DNA of 64,000 nt from an uncultured Enterobacterales bacterium (GTDB lineage: Bacteria > Myxococcota_A > UBA796 > JAFGLY01), in NCBI GenBank assembly GCA_964512185.1, contig CAZEJJ010000016.1:64-64063 (forward strand), given 5' to 3'. Numbering within the stretch: the stretch's first letter is position 1; every line of letters starts with the position of its first letter. Below, in pieces: positions 25,358 through 34,420 of this stretch. The notes beneath the pieces are model-generated. The model was not told the DNA's origin, searched no databases, and was given only the letters and a program-made list of their open reading frames with translations. A program made the position numbers and the translations under genes.

Positions 25358-26461
25358 CTAGCAGCCCTTCCTGGGCACGAACCAGCGCTTCTCGATCTTG
25401 ACGCCCTTGTTGATGGCGTGATCGAAGAAGGTGGGCAGGTTGCCCGTGGGCACCAGGCCGCCGAGCAGCCGATCGCCCTTGCGGCCACGGCCCTTGTACG
25501 CGAACAGGGTGTTGATGCGGTAGTTGCCGTGCTCGTCGAGCCCTCCCAGCACCTCGGCCACCTGCTCCACCCGCCGGGTGCCATCGGGGAAGCGCGCCAC
25601 CTGCAGCACCAGGTCCACGGCATCCGCCACCTGGCCGCGGATGGCCCGGATGGGGAGATCTTCGCCGGCGAAGAGCACCAGGGTCTCCAGCTTGGCCAGC
25701 GCGCTCATGGCGCTGTTGGCGTGCAGCGTGGTCATGGTGCCGCCGTGGCCGGAGTTGAGGGTGTTCAGCAGATCCAGGGCCTCGCCGCCGCGCACCTCAC
25801 CCACGATGATGCGATCCGGGCGCAGGCGGAGGGTGGAGTGCAGCAGGTCGCGGATGGTGACCAGCCCCCGATCCCGCTCGTCGGGCAGGCGCGCTTCGAG
25901 CTGCACCACGTGGGGCTTGTCGATCATCAGCTCGGCGGTGTCCTCCATGACGACGATGCGCTCGTCATTGGGGATGTAGTGGGCCAGCACCGTGAGCAGC
26001 GTGGTCTTTCCCGAGCCGGTGCCTCCCGACACCAGCAGGTTGCGCTTCATGAGGATGGCCGCGCGCAAGAACACGGTGGCCTCGGGCGAGAGCGTGCCCA
26101 TCTCCACCAGGTCCTTGGGGCTCATCTTGGCGCGCGCGAACTTGCGGATGGCCATGGCCAGGAAGGGGGCCACCGGAGGACCGATGACGTGCACGCGGCT
26201 GCCATCGGGGAGCCGCCCGTCGAAGCGCGGGTTGTGGTGGTCGAAGACCTTGTTGCTGTACTGGGCGATGTTGATGCAGGCGGCGCGCAGCTCGTCCTCG
26301 CCGGAGAAGCAGATGTCTTCCACCTTCTCGAGGCGCCCCCGGACCTCCACGTAGATCTCCGCGGGCCCGTTGACCAGCACCTCGGTGATGCTGTCGTCAT
26401 CGAGCAAGGAGAGGATGGGGCGCAGGTGGTAGTTGACCGTGTTCTCGTAGAGTCCGCTCAC
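25358..26461 (-). CDS. cpaF: CpaF/TadA family secretion ATPase (stand-alone)
   Basis: ITEVLVNGP, DGRLPDGSRV, SGGTGSGKTT, EDTAEL, LRLRPDRIIVGEVRG, TTLHAN. Confidence 0.9.
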   Translation of the reverse strand: MSGLYENTVNYHLRPILSLLDDDSITEVLVNGPAEIYVEVRGRLEKVEDICFSGEDELRAACINIAQYSNKVFDHHNPRFDGRLPDGSRVHVIGPPVAPFLAMAIRKFARAKMSPKDLVEMGTLSPEATVFLRAAILMKRNLLVSGGTGSGKTTLLTVLAHYIPNDERIVVMEDTAELMIDKPHVVQLEARLPDERDRGLVTIRDLLHSTLRLRPDRIIVGEVRGGEALDLLNTLNSGHGGTMTTLHANSAMSALAKLETLVLFAGEDLPIRAIRGQVADAVDLVLQVARFPDGTRRVEQVAEVLGGLDEHGNYRINTLFAYKGRGRKGDRLLGGLVPTGNLPTFFDHAINKGVKIEKRWFVPRKGC

Positions 26462-26463
26462 GC

Positions 26464-28365
26464 TCAGCCCTCCGTGTCCTTCTCAGCGTCCTTGTCGCCG
26501 CCCTTCTTGCCGCGGGAGAACAGGCGGCTGAAGAAGCCAGGGCGGGGCGAGTCCTTGCCGGAGGACTTGCCCCTGCCCCTGCCCCTGCCCTCCTTCTCAC
26601 GCTTGAGCCGAGCCAGCTGGCGCAGGGCGTCCTTGTGCTCGGGATCGAGCTTGAGCACCTTGATGAAGAAGCGCCGCGCCTCCTCGGGATGCCCGCGCTC
26701 CCGCAGCACGCGCCCCAGCAGCAACAGGCCTTCTTTGTGCCGCTGGTTCTTGTTCAGGGCGGCCTGCATCATCTCTACGCCCTCGTCGGCCTTCTCTTCG
26801 TCGCGGCCGTGGGCCATGCGCCACATGCAGTAGCCGTAGTAGATGTGGAACTCGGGCACGTCGAAGTCGGGATGGCTGGAGGCCTGCACCACCACCTGCC
26901 GGAACATGTCGGCAGCCTGCACGATGCGCCCGGAGTGGAACAGGGCGAGGGCGCGATCGAAGAGCTTCTCGATGGCCAGCAGGGCCTGCACCTCTTCCAT
27001 TGCCTCTTCTTCTTCGGTCAGCTTGCCGTGCACCACCCGGTCGATGGTCTGCTGGCGCTGCTCGTCGTCCTTGAGCAGCTCCCAGGCGTGGCGCGCCTTG
27101 TCGAAGGCCTCCTCTGCTCGTTCCTTGAGCTCGGGATCATCGACGGGGAGACGATCTGGATGCAGGGTGCGCGCCAGGCGGAAGTAGGCGTTGCGGAACT
27201 CGGCGACCTCGCTCTCCCAGGGCTGGGCGAGCACCTGGAAGACATCCTCTGCCTGCATGATCCGGTGGATCTCGGCGCGCAGGTTGGCCTCGGCGGTCCC
27301 CATGGTCCAGGAGCTCGAGTCCGCACGCCGCTCCGGGTCTTCCTGGGCGGGCTCTGCAGCTGGGGCGGAGACGCCGAAGCCGCCGGTCCTGCTGAAGGAG
27401 ACCTCGTGCCCATCGACGAGCTCTTCTTCTTCCAGCACCAGGTCGTCGCCGTCGCCGTCGTCGTCGACTTCCGGCGCGGGGTTCTCTTCGGGGGGAGCCT
27501 GGGTTGCGGGGGCGTCTTCCTCAGGCAGCGGCTCGTGACCGAGATCCTCCGAGGCTGGCTCGCTCCCGGCGCTGGCATGGGGAGTGACCGAGGCGGCGAT
27601 GAGGCTGGACAGGTCCTTGGGGACCTCCCGCTCCTCGGGCTCGTCGTCGCGCTGATCCAGGTCAACAGGGGCGGAGACAGGCTCCGCTTCCACTGGATCG
27701 ACCGGATCGACCGGTGCCGGAGCCTGGGCTTCGTCGAGCTCCACGGGTTGGCTCGGGCCCGCCTGGGGCGGGGCGAGGGCGCCGAACATCCAGGCCAGGT
27801 AGAGCGCGGAGGCGAGGCTGCGCGGCTCCCCCGGGCCGAAGCGCACGAGCTCCTCGAGGGGTCGGAAGCCGTCGAGACGCGCCAGCCACTCCCGGTACTC
27901 CACGGGGAGACCGAGCCCGGCCAGGTGGTCCTCTTCCTGGGCCACGCAGCGGGGCTGCTCCATCTGTGCGTCCACCAGCCGTTCCCGCAGGGCGGACTCC
28001 TCGAAGGCCAGCTCCAGGGCCTCGAAGAGGACCACCCAGATGCGGCTGGGGAACTGCCTGCGGGGCTCCGCCGCCTCGCGCCAGATGATCTCGCAGGAAG
28101 GGGCGGTGAGGCAGCCCGCCAGACGAGCCGCGGCGAGGTGCTCGTTGATCAGCTCCGGCGCGGCACCCGGCAGCGTGGCGGTGACCTGGGCGGCCTGCTC
28201 ACGCTTGAGGTTGGAGGTGCTCCCCACCAGCTCACCAGCGCGCAGGTAGAACCGGCGGCGACGCTTGCCGTGCAGCACCTCCAGCGCTCCCGTACCCGCT
28301 TCGTGCACCAGGCGGGCGAGCTGCAGCTCCAGGGGAAGTCGAGGCTTCTGTGCCGTGTGGTCCAA
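26464..28365 (-). CDS. J-domain (DnaJ) and TPR protein with an N-terminal DUF4388-like region
   Basis: AYFRLARTLHPDR (HPD motif), C-terminal TPRs, acidic/Pro-rich linker; TTG 28365 preceded by GGAGG. Confidence 0.75.
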   Translation of the reverse strand: MDHTAQKPRLPLELQLARLVHEAGTGALEVLHGKRRRRFYLRAGELVGSTSNLKREQAAQVTATLPGAAPELINEHLAAARLAGCLTAPSCEIIWREAAEPRRQFPSRIWVVLFEALELAFEESALRERLVDAQMEQPRCVAQEEDHLAGLGLPVEYREWLARLDGFRPLEELVRFGPGEPRSLASALYLAWMFGALAPPQAGPSQPVELDEAQAPAPVDPVDPVEAEPVSAPVDLDQRDDEPEEREVPKDLSSLIAASVTPHASAGSEPASEDLGHEPLPEEDAPATQAPPEENPAPEVDDDGDGDDLVLEEEELVDGHEVSFSRTGGFGVSAPAAEPAQEDPERRADSSSWTMGTAEANLRAEIHRIMQAEDVFQVLAQPWESEVAEFRNAYFRLARTLHPDRLPVDDPELKERAEEAFDKARHAWELLKDDEQRQQTIDRVVHGKLTEEEEAMEEVQALLAIEKLFDRALALFHSGRIVQAADMFRQVVVQASSHPDFDVPEFHIYYGYCMWRMAHGRDEEKADEGVEMMQAALNKNQRHKEGLLLLGRVLRERGHPEEARRFFIKVLKLDPEHKDALRQLARLKREKEGRGRGRGKSSGKDSPRPGFFSRLFSRGKKGGDKDAEKDTEG

Positions 28366-28546
28366 GGCGCCTCCCGGCGGGGTCGGAGCGCCCGGCCGCG
28401 GGTTGGCGGCGGGCAGGGACCCGGGGGAAGCATTATCGCATCGGGGGCCCGATTGATCCTCCGGCAGCCCTGCGCTATCGGAAACCACCAGGGCCGACAC
28501 CCGGTGAAGGCCGGCCCTTCCCGTACCCTCGCTCCCCGGAGCCAGC

Positions 28547-29329
28547 CTGCTTCGCATCGACCACCAGAACCAGCGCGCCGTCGCGCTGGCCCGCTACCTG
28601 GAGCGCCACCTCGATCTGGCGACGCTCCCTCCCGACCTCTGCCTGGTGCTCGGGGGCGACGGCACCATGCTGCGGGCCATCCGCGACCTGGGCAGCGACC
28701 GCACCTACCTGGGCTTGAACTTCGGCCGGGTGGGCTTCTTGATGAACGACGTGGAGTCCCCGGCGCGGATCTGCGAGCTGGTGGCGGCCGGCCGCTACCA
28801 GGTGCACGATCTGCCGCGTCTGGCCCTCAAGGCCTGGCTGGAGCCCACCCAGGGAGCCGACCAGGAGCGGCGTCATCAGGACCGTGCGGTCACGGCGCTG
28901 GCGCTGAACGATGTCTTTGTGGAGCGCACCACCGCCCAGTCCTGCCACCTGCGCGTCACCATCAACGACGCCTCCGTGGTGGATCCCCTGGTGTGTGACG
29001 GCATCATCGTCGCCACCGCGCTGGGCTCAACCGCCTACAGCGTCTCGGCCGGGGGACCCGCCTGCCACGCCCTGCTGCCCACCATCCATGTCACGCCCAT
29101 CTGCGCCTTCTCGCCGCGGCTGATCCCCATCGCCCTGCCGCTGGACTCCCGGATCAAGGTGGAACCCCTCTCGCGCCAGCAGCGCCCGGTGCGCGCTGTC
29201 GCCGACGGCATCGGCTATCCGCGGGTGCGTCGCCTGGAGATCGGCAACTCCGGCCTCGACGCCCGCCTGGCCTTCCTGGAAGGCCACGACTTCATCGCCA
29301 CCTTGTTCCGCAAGATCCTGCTGGGCTGA
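28547..29329 (+). CDS. nadK: NAD(+) kinase
   Basis: LGGDGTML, GLNFGRVGFL, ALNDVFV, DGIIVATALGSTAYSVSAGGP; the start is probably CTG 28547 after GGAG. Confidence 0.9.
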   Translation: MLRIDHQNQRAVALARYLERHLDLATLPPDLCLVLGGDGTMLRAIRDLGSDRTYLGLNFGRVGFLMNDVESPARICELVAAGRYQVHDLPRLALKAWLEPTQGADQERRHQDRAVTALALNDVFVERTTAQSCHLRVTINDASVVDPLVCDGIIVATALGSTAYSVSAGGPACHALLPTIHVTPICAFSPRLIPIALPLDSRIKVEPLSRQQRPVRAVADGIGYPRVRRLEIGNSGLDARLAFLEGHDFIATLFRKILLG

Positions 29330-29341
29330 TCCTCGCGGGGG

Positions 29342-31714
29342 CTACTTCGACGAAGGCCAGAGCCCCTCTGGCAGCTGACCGCGCACCTTCCACACCGCGG
29401 CCCAGCCCAGGGGCAGCAACACGAAGGCGGCCAGGGTCACCGCGGTCAGCCCCACCACCACCAGCAGGCCCAGGGAGCGCACACCCTGGGAGCCCGCGAA
29501 TGACAGAGAGGCGAAGGACACCACCGTGGTAGCGGTGCATAGGGCCGCGGCCCAGCCCGTGGTGGCCAGGGCGTGCCAGATGCGCCCGGGGCCCTCTTCG
29601 GCCAGCCGGTGCAGCAGGTGGATGATGGCGGCCACCCCCAGCCCCAGCAGGATGGGGATGCCCACGATGTTCACGATGGAGAGCTTGATCTGGAAGGCGG
29701 ACAGCGCCCCACCCACCCAGGCCATGCCTGCCAGCAGCACGGCGATGGCCGAGATGGCCCTGCGTGGGCTCTTGAGGTCCACCAGGGTGGCCAGGAACAC
29801 CGCGAGCAGGGCCAGCCCGATGATCCGCGGCGCATCGGACTTCATGATGCGGAACAGGGAGCCCAGGCAGAGGTACTCGCCGGCGACGGTGGCCGGGTCG
29901 TAGCGCTCGTACATGGCGTCTGCCAGCTCGGCGGTCTCGCGCAGATCCCACATGTTGCCGGAGGCCAGCAGCAGCATGCGGTGTACCCCCACGCCACCGC
30001 CCAGGATGTGCACCAGGGCCGGGGGCAGATCTTCCACCGTGAGCGGCTCTATGGGCCCCTCGGTCAAGGGCTGGAGGTTCTGCAGCACGGCCGCCGGCAG
30101 GTAGCGCGCGTTCTCGTGGCGGGTGATCTCACCGATCTCCCGCAGGATGGACAGGCGCTCGCCTTGATCGGTGGGGATGACGGTGTGGATGGACAGGGCC
30201 TGGGCCACCTCGGGCAGCTTGCCAGCGGAGATGTCCTCGGTGACCTCGGCGTAGGCCCGCTCCAGGGTCTCGGCGTCGGGCAAGGTGAGCACCAACGGGG
30301 AGTAGGAATCGCGGGCCAGCGCCTGCTGGGTCTCGTCCAGGTCCTGGAAGGCCATGCCATCGCGGCGTAGCTCCGACAGGTCGTACTGGAAGCCCAGCCT
30401 GGGCACCTGCATGGCCGCCACGCCGGTGACCAGCAGGGCCACCAGGAAGCCCAGGGGCACCAGCCGGTAGGTGGGGGGCAGGCTGGCGCGGCGACGACCC
30501 AGCCGCAGCGCCGCGGAGGTGGTGGCCCGCTCGCGCCACACGATGAGCAGTGGCAACAAGACGAAGACCAGCGCCAGGCAGAACAGCACGCCCACGCCCA
30601 GCAGCAGCCCCAGCTGCGAGAAGCCCTGGAAGCGACCCACCAGCAGCGCCAGGAAGCCGCAGGAGGCGGTGACCGCGGTGGCCAGGCAGGGGCGCCCCAC
30701 CCGATCCCAGGCGCGCACCACCGCTTCTTCCAGCGAGCCTCCCTGGGCTCGCTCCTCCCGGTAGCGATTGAACAGGTGGATGCCGAAGTCGATGCCCATG
30801 CCCAAGAGCACCGCGGACACGAAGGAGGTGAAGGTGTTCAGCGAACCCACCACCACCGCAGCGAAGCCCAGGGTCCAGATGTTGGCCACCACCAGCGGGG
30901 TGAACACCAGCAGCACGGCGCGCCAGTCGCGGAAGCCCAGCGTGATGACCACGAAGACCATCAGCAGCGCACCGGCGCTGGTCCACTTGACGTCCTGGAC
31001 GATGCCTTCGAAGTCCTCGACGTTGTGGCGGTAGCCGCCGCCGATCCACAGCACCTTGAGATCGGGCTCGGGTAGCGTGCTCTCGTCCACCACTCGATGC
31101 ACCTCGGACATCACCCGGCGGGCGAAGTCCATGTCGGTGGCCTGCCCCGTGGGGCGCACGATGAGTCGACTCATGCCCTCGGCGGGGGAGAGGCGGGCCT
31201 TGTAGCTGGCGGTGCGCAGGCGATCGGTGAGCGGACCCAGGGCCATCAAGCGCTGGGCCACGAAGGGGTTCATCACCGCGGGACCCAGGGCGATGGCGCC
31301 CTTGAGCCGGTCGCGGATCTCCGAGAGCTCGGCAGGAGTGAGCTGCATCAGCCCCACCCGCCACACCAGCTCGGTCTCCATCTGGTGGTAGGTGTAGTGG
31401 AACTCCGGCAGGGCCTCGAGGCTGGCACCCAGCTGCTCGAGCCACTGGTGGCGCCCCTCTTCGGTTCCCCCTCCCACCGTGATGGACAGCGTGGTGACGC
31501 CTCCCTCGATGCGGTTCAGCTCCTGCAGCGCGGCGGTGGAAGGCTCGCTGTCGGGCAGCAGGTTGATGGTGTTGCTGTCGACGCTAAGCCGCGAGGCCAG
31601 CACCAGGTTCACGAGGGTGATCAGCACCACCACCACCACCACGAGACGGCGATGCTGGATACTCCACCGGGCGAGCTGCCCGAAGCGGGTCTGGGGCTGG
31701 TATTCGGTCGGCAT
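29342..31714 (-). CDS. MMPL/RND-family membrane transporter (HpnN-like architecture)
   Basis: 1+5 TM / 1+5 TM architecture with two extracytoplasmic loops; GMGIDFGIH in TM4. Confidence 0.85.
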   Translation of the reverse strand: MPTEYQPQTRFGQLARWSIQHRRLVVVVVVLITLVNLVLASRLSVDSNTINLLPDSEPSTAALQELNRIEGGVTTLSITVGGGTEEGRHQWLEQLGASLEALPEFHYTYHQMETELVWRVGLMQLTPAELSEIRDRLKGAIALGPAVMNPFVAQRLMALGPLTDRLRTASYKARLSPAEGMSRLIVRPTGQATDMDFARRVMSEVHRVVDESTLPEPDLKVLWIGGGYRHNVEDFEGIVQDVKWTSAGALLMVFVVITLGFRDWRAVLLVFTPLVVANIWTLGFAAVVVGSLNTFTSFVSAVLLGMGIDFGIHLFNRYREERAQGGSLEEAVVRAWDRVGRPCLATAVTASCGFLALLVGRFQGFSQLGLLLGVGVLFCLALVFVLLPLLIVWRERATTSAALRLGRRRASLPPTYRLVPLGFLVALLVTGVAAMQVPRLGFQYDLSELRRDGMAFQDLDETQQALARDSYSPLVLTLPDAETLERAYAEVTEDISAGKLPEVAQALSIHTVIPTDQGERLSILREIGEITRHENARYLPAAVLQNLQPLTEGPIEPLTVEDLPPALVHILGGGVGVHRMLLLASGNMWDLRETAELADAMYERYDPATVAGEYLCLGSLFRIMKSDAPRIIGLALLAVFLATLVDLKSPRRAISAIAVLLAGMAWVGGALSAFQIKLSIVNIVGIPILLGLGVAAIIHLLHRLAEEGPGRIWHALATTGWAAALCTATTVVSFASLSFAGSQGVRSLGLLVVVGLTAVTLAAFVLLPLGWAAVWKVRGQLPEGLWPSSK

Positions 31715-31786
31715 GGACGACGATTCGGGCCCCCTGTTAGCCCGTCGAGCATGGTTGCGCGAAGTGAGCAGCTGGCCTCTTGCGCC

Positions 31787-31868
31787 TCAAGCCCGACAGC
31801 GGGTTGGCCGATAGGCCTGGTGACGCTCGAGGACGGGAGCGTCAAGAGAGTCTTGTGATATCCGATAG
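31787..31868 (+). promoter_or_regulatory. Two tandem sigma-28-type promoters upstream of the FliA/WhiG gene
   Basis: TCAAG-N15-GCCGATAG (31787-31814) and TCAAG-N14-TCCGATAG (31842-31868). Confidence 0.55.
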
Positions 31869-32061
31869 GGTGCAAACATACCCTGTATGAGGATACGAAT
31901 TTCCTCTTCGGCGGGAGCGCCGCAGGAGGCGACGGACAGCGCAGGTGCTACGGCCAGCTGCGCTTTTTGAGCGGCGGTCCTCGCCACCCTTGGGAGTCTG
32001 GCGTATGCTGGCACGCTGCTTGCTCTGACAGGACCAGAGAACAGCACCAGGGAGCCTGCCC

Positions 32062-32823
32062 ATGATCGCCAGCGACACCCGCCGAAAGGTCAAGTCCCGG
32101 CAGGTCTGGCCGTCGCCCAAAGACAAGTCGGTGGAGACTCGCAACGCCACGATCCTGGCCTACTACCCCCTGGTCCGCACCATCGCCTACCGCATCGCCA
32201 AGCGCATCCCCACCTACCAGGACATCGAGGAGTTCATCAACATCGGGGTTCTGGGTCTGATCGACGCCGTGGAGCGCTATGATCCCGAGCGCGGGGTCCC
32301 CTTCAAGTCCTACGCCGAGATCCGCATCCAGGGCTCCATCGTCGACTCCCTGCGGGCGGCCGACTGGACCCCCCGCAGCGTGCGCCGCAAGGCCAACCGC
32401 ATCGAAGCGGCGCGGGTGAAGCTGCGCCAGAAGCTCAGGCGCGACCCCACCCGCGAGGAGATCGCCAAGGATCTGGACATCGCCCCGGCCGAGTACGACG
32501 CGCTGCGCGACGAGGCGCTCATCCGCAAGGTGGTCTCCGCCAGCCTGCCCGTGGGTCCCGAGTCCAGCACCACCATCGAAGACCAGGTGGTCTCCGGCGA
32601 TCCCGGCATCGAAGACCTGTGGGTGGAGTACGAGGTCAAGCAGGAGGTCATGGACGCCATCCGCCTGCTGCCGCGCAAGGAGCGCATCGCGGTCAGCCTC
32701 TACTACCTCAAGGGCCTCACCCTGCGAGAGATCGGCACCATGCTGGGTGTCACCGAGAGCCGCGCTTGCCAGCTACGCTCCCAGGGGGTCAAGCGCATGC
32801 GGGTCAAGCTGAAGATCGCCTGA
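32062..32823 (+). CDS. fliA: FliA/WhiG family (sigma-28) RNA polymerase sigma factor
   Basis: YYPLVRTIA, GVLGLIDAVERYDP, FKSYAEIRIQGSIVDSLRAADW, LTLREIGTMLGVTESRACQL. Confidence 0.9.
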   Translation: MIASDTRRKVKSRQVWPSPKDKSVETRNATILAYYPLVRTIAYRIAKRIPTYQDIEEFINIGVLGLIDAVERYDPERGVPFKSYAEIRIQGSIVDSLRAADWTPRSVRRKANRIEAARVKLRQKLRRDPTREEIAKDLDIAPAEYDALRDEALIRKVVSASLPVGPESSTTIEDQVVSGDPGIEDLWVEYEVKQEVMDAIRLLPRKERIAVSLYYLKGLTLREIGTMLGVTESRACQLRSQGVKRMRVKLKIA

Positions 32824-32830
32824 GCGGAGA

Positions 32831-34384
32831 TCAGTCCAGCAGGTCCAGCTCGTCCTCGTCCTCCACCAGCCCGTGGCGCGAGGAGCGGCGCTGGGCCGAG
32901 CCGCCGCCCAGGCGCAGCTGCAGGCCCAGCTCCAGGCCCGCGGCCAGGGGGATGAACACCGGGGGCTCCTGCTTGTCGGACAGGTAGCTTGCGGCTTCGT
33001 CATGCACAGAGCGTGCGTCACCCACCAGCAGCATGAGGGGGACCTGCACCACGAGGTCCGCCTCGGGACCCAGCCCCAGCTCCAGCCCCGCCACGCCGCG
33101 GCCCCCCACCAGCACCGGCGCAGCGAAGGTGGGCAGCTCCACGGACAGCTGCGAGAGATCGAGATGCTGCTTCACAGCGGTCCCTTGCCAGAACACCACA
33201 CCACCGCCCAGAATCGGCCGCAGTTCGCGTGCCGGGAAGGGCACCAGCCGCAACCCCGCGCTGGCCAACAGCGTGGCGTTGCCCTTGTCCACCGGCGCGG
33301 CCGGGATCACCACGTCGCCCACGGTCTCCTGCTGAACGAGGGCGCTGTAGCTGCCGTGCACCCGGCCCACACCCGCCTCCAGCTCGAGGGCCGGGCTGAT
33401 CCCGAAGCCCAGGTCGATGGCGTAGCCACCCCCCAGCGCCGAACGCAGCGCCTGCCAGGCGTAGATCTCCACCACCTCGAGCCCCTGATCGGGATCCTGC
33501 GCGAAGCGGGCCTCGTAGCTGCTGTCCACCGGCCCCCAGACGAGCCCCACCCGCGGACGGATGAGCAGCTGGATGATCCGGCCACGGTTGAGCTCCCGCC
33601 AGCTCTGCAGGTCGAGCCCGCTGTTGCGGTAGCGCAGGTAGTCCGCCTCGGACATGCCGAGCCGCTCCCACTCGCTGAGCCCCTCCTCCTGGCGCATGTT
33701 CTCCAGATCGCTGGGGGTGAAGCCCGGCAGCGACAGATCAAGGCCCGTGCTCAGCTCGTGGACCTGCGCCCCACCCCGGGTGGATCCCACCAGCGCCTCG
33801 ATCTCAGCCTCCAGCTCCTGGCGGGCGAGCCTCTCCGCCTCCTCGGCCTCGGGGTCGTCCGCGAAGCGGATGTCCTGCTGCTGACCCACCTCACCCCGCA
33901 GCAGCCGACCCAGCAAGGAGGCCACCTGCTCCAGCAAGGCCGCGTCCTCACCCGGTGGCACCACCAGGCTCAGGCCGACGGCCTCGCGGGACTCCCCCAC
34001 GTCCAGCAGGCTCAGGCTCACCTGCACGTCCCCTTCGCCCACCTCGAGCAAGCCGGTGACCGCGAAGTCGGCCCCGGCGTGCTGGGAGATCACCAGGGCA
34101 CATCCCAGGTGCTCCCCGCGAGGACAGGTCTCCAGGTACAGGTGCACGTCGTAGTCGTACAGCGGCCCCACCTGGTCCAGCGGCAGCAGCTCGAGGCCGT
34201 CCACGCGGGCCAGCTCCACCTCCAGGACTGAAGAGAGCATGGCCGCCAGGCCCGTGCTGTGGGGGGGGGCCGGCCGCAGGCCCGTGACCAGCATGGTGGC
34301 GTCGGCCAGAGCCTTCGCGGGCGCGCCCGCGAAGGCAGCGAGGAAGACCAGGCTGGGTAGGAATCTGCGCAGGTGGGGCCTCAT
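32831..34384 (-). CDS. Exported hypothetical protein, possible C-terminal outer-membrane beta-barrel
   Basis: Signal peptide (LVFLAAFAGAPAKA); alternating-residue C-terminal strands (AAGLELGLQLRLG). Confidence 0.5.
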   Translation of the reverse strand: MRPHLRRFLPSLVFLAAFAGAPAKALADATMLVTGLRPAPPHSTGLAAMLSSVLEVELARVDGLELLPLDQVGPLYDYDVHLYLETCPRGEHLGCALVISQHAGADFAVTGLLEVGEGDVQVSLSLLDVGESREAVGLSLVVPPGEDAALLEQVASLLGRLLRGEVGQQQDIRFADDPEAEEAERLARQELEAEIEALVGSTRGGAQVHELSTGLDLSLPGFTPSDLENMRQEEGLSEWERLGMSEADYLRYRNSGLDLQSWRELNRGRIIQLLIRPRVGLVWGPVDSSYEARFAQDPDQGLEVVEIYAWQALRSALGGGYAIDLGFGISPALELEAGVGRVHGSYSALVQQETVGDVVIPAAPVDKGNATLLASAGLRLVPFPARELRPILGGGVVFWQGTAVKQHLDLSQLSVELPTFAAPVLVGGRGVAGLELGLGPEADLVVQVPLMLLVGDARSVHDEAASYLSDKQEPPVFIPLAAGLELGLQLRLGGGSAQRRSSRHGLVEDEDELDLLD

Positions 34385-34420
34385 GGTCCCCGGATGCTAC
34401 CAGCCCCGGCGCGCTGGAGG

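Noticed and set aside
26635-28998. 787-aa plus-strand ORF
   Set aside because: Antisense to the J-domain gene; no recognisable domain; explained by codon bias
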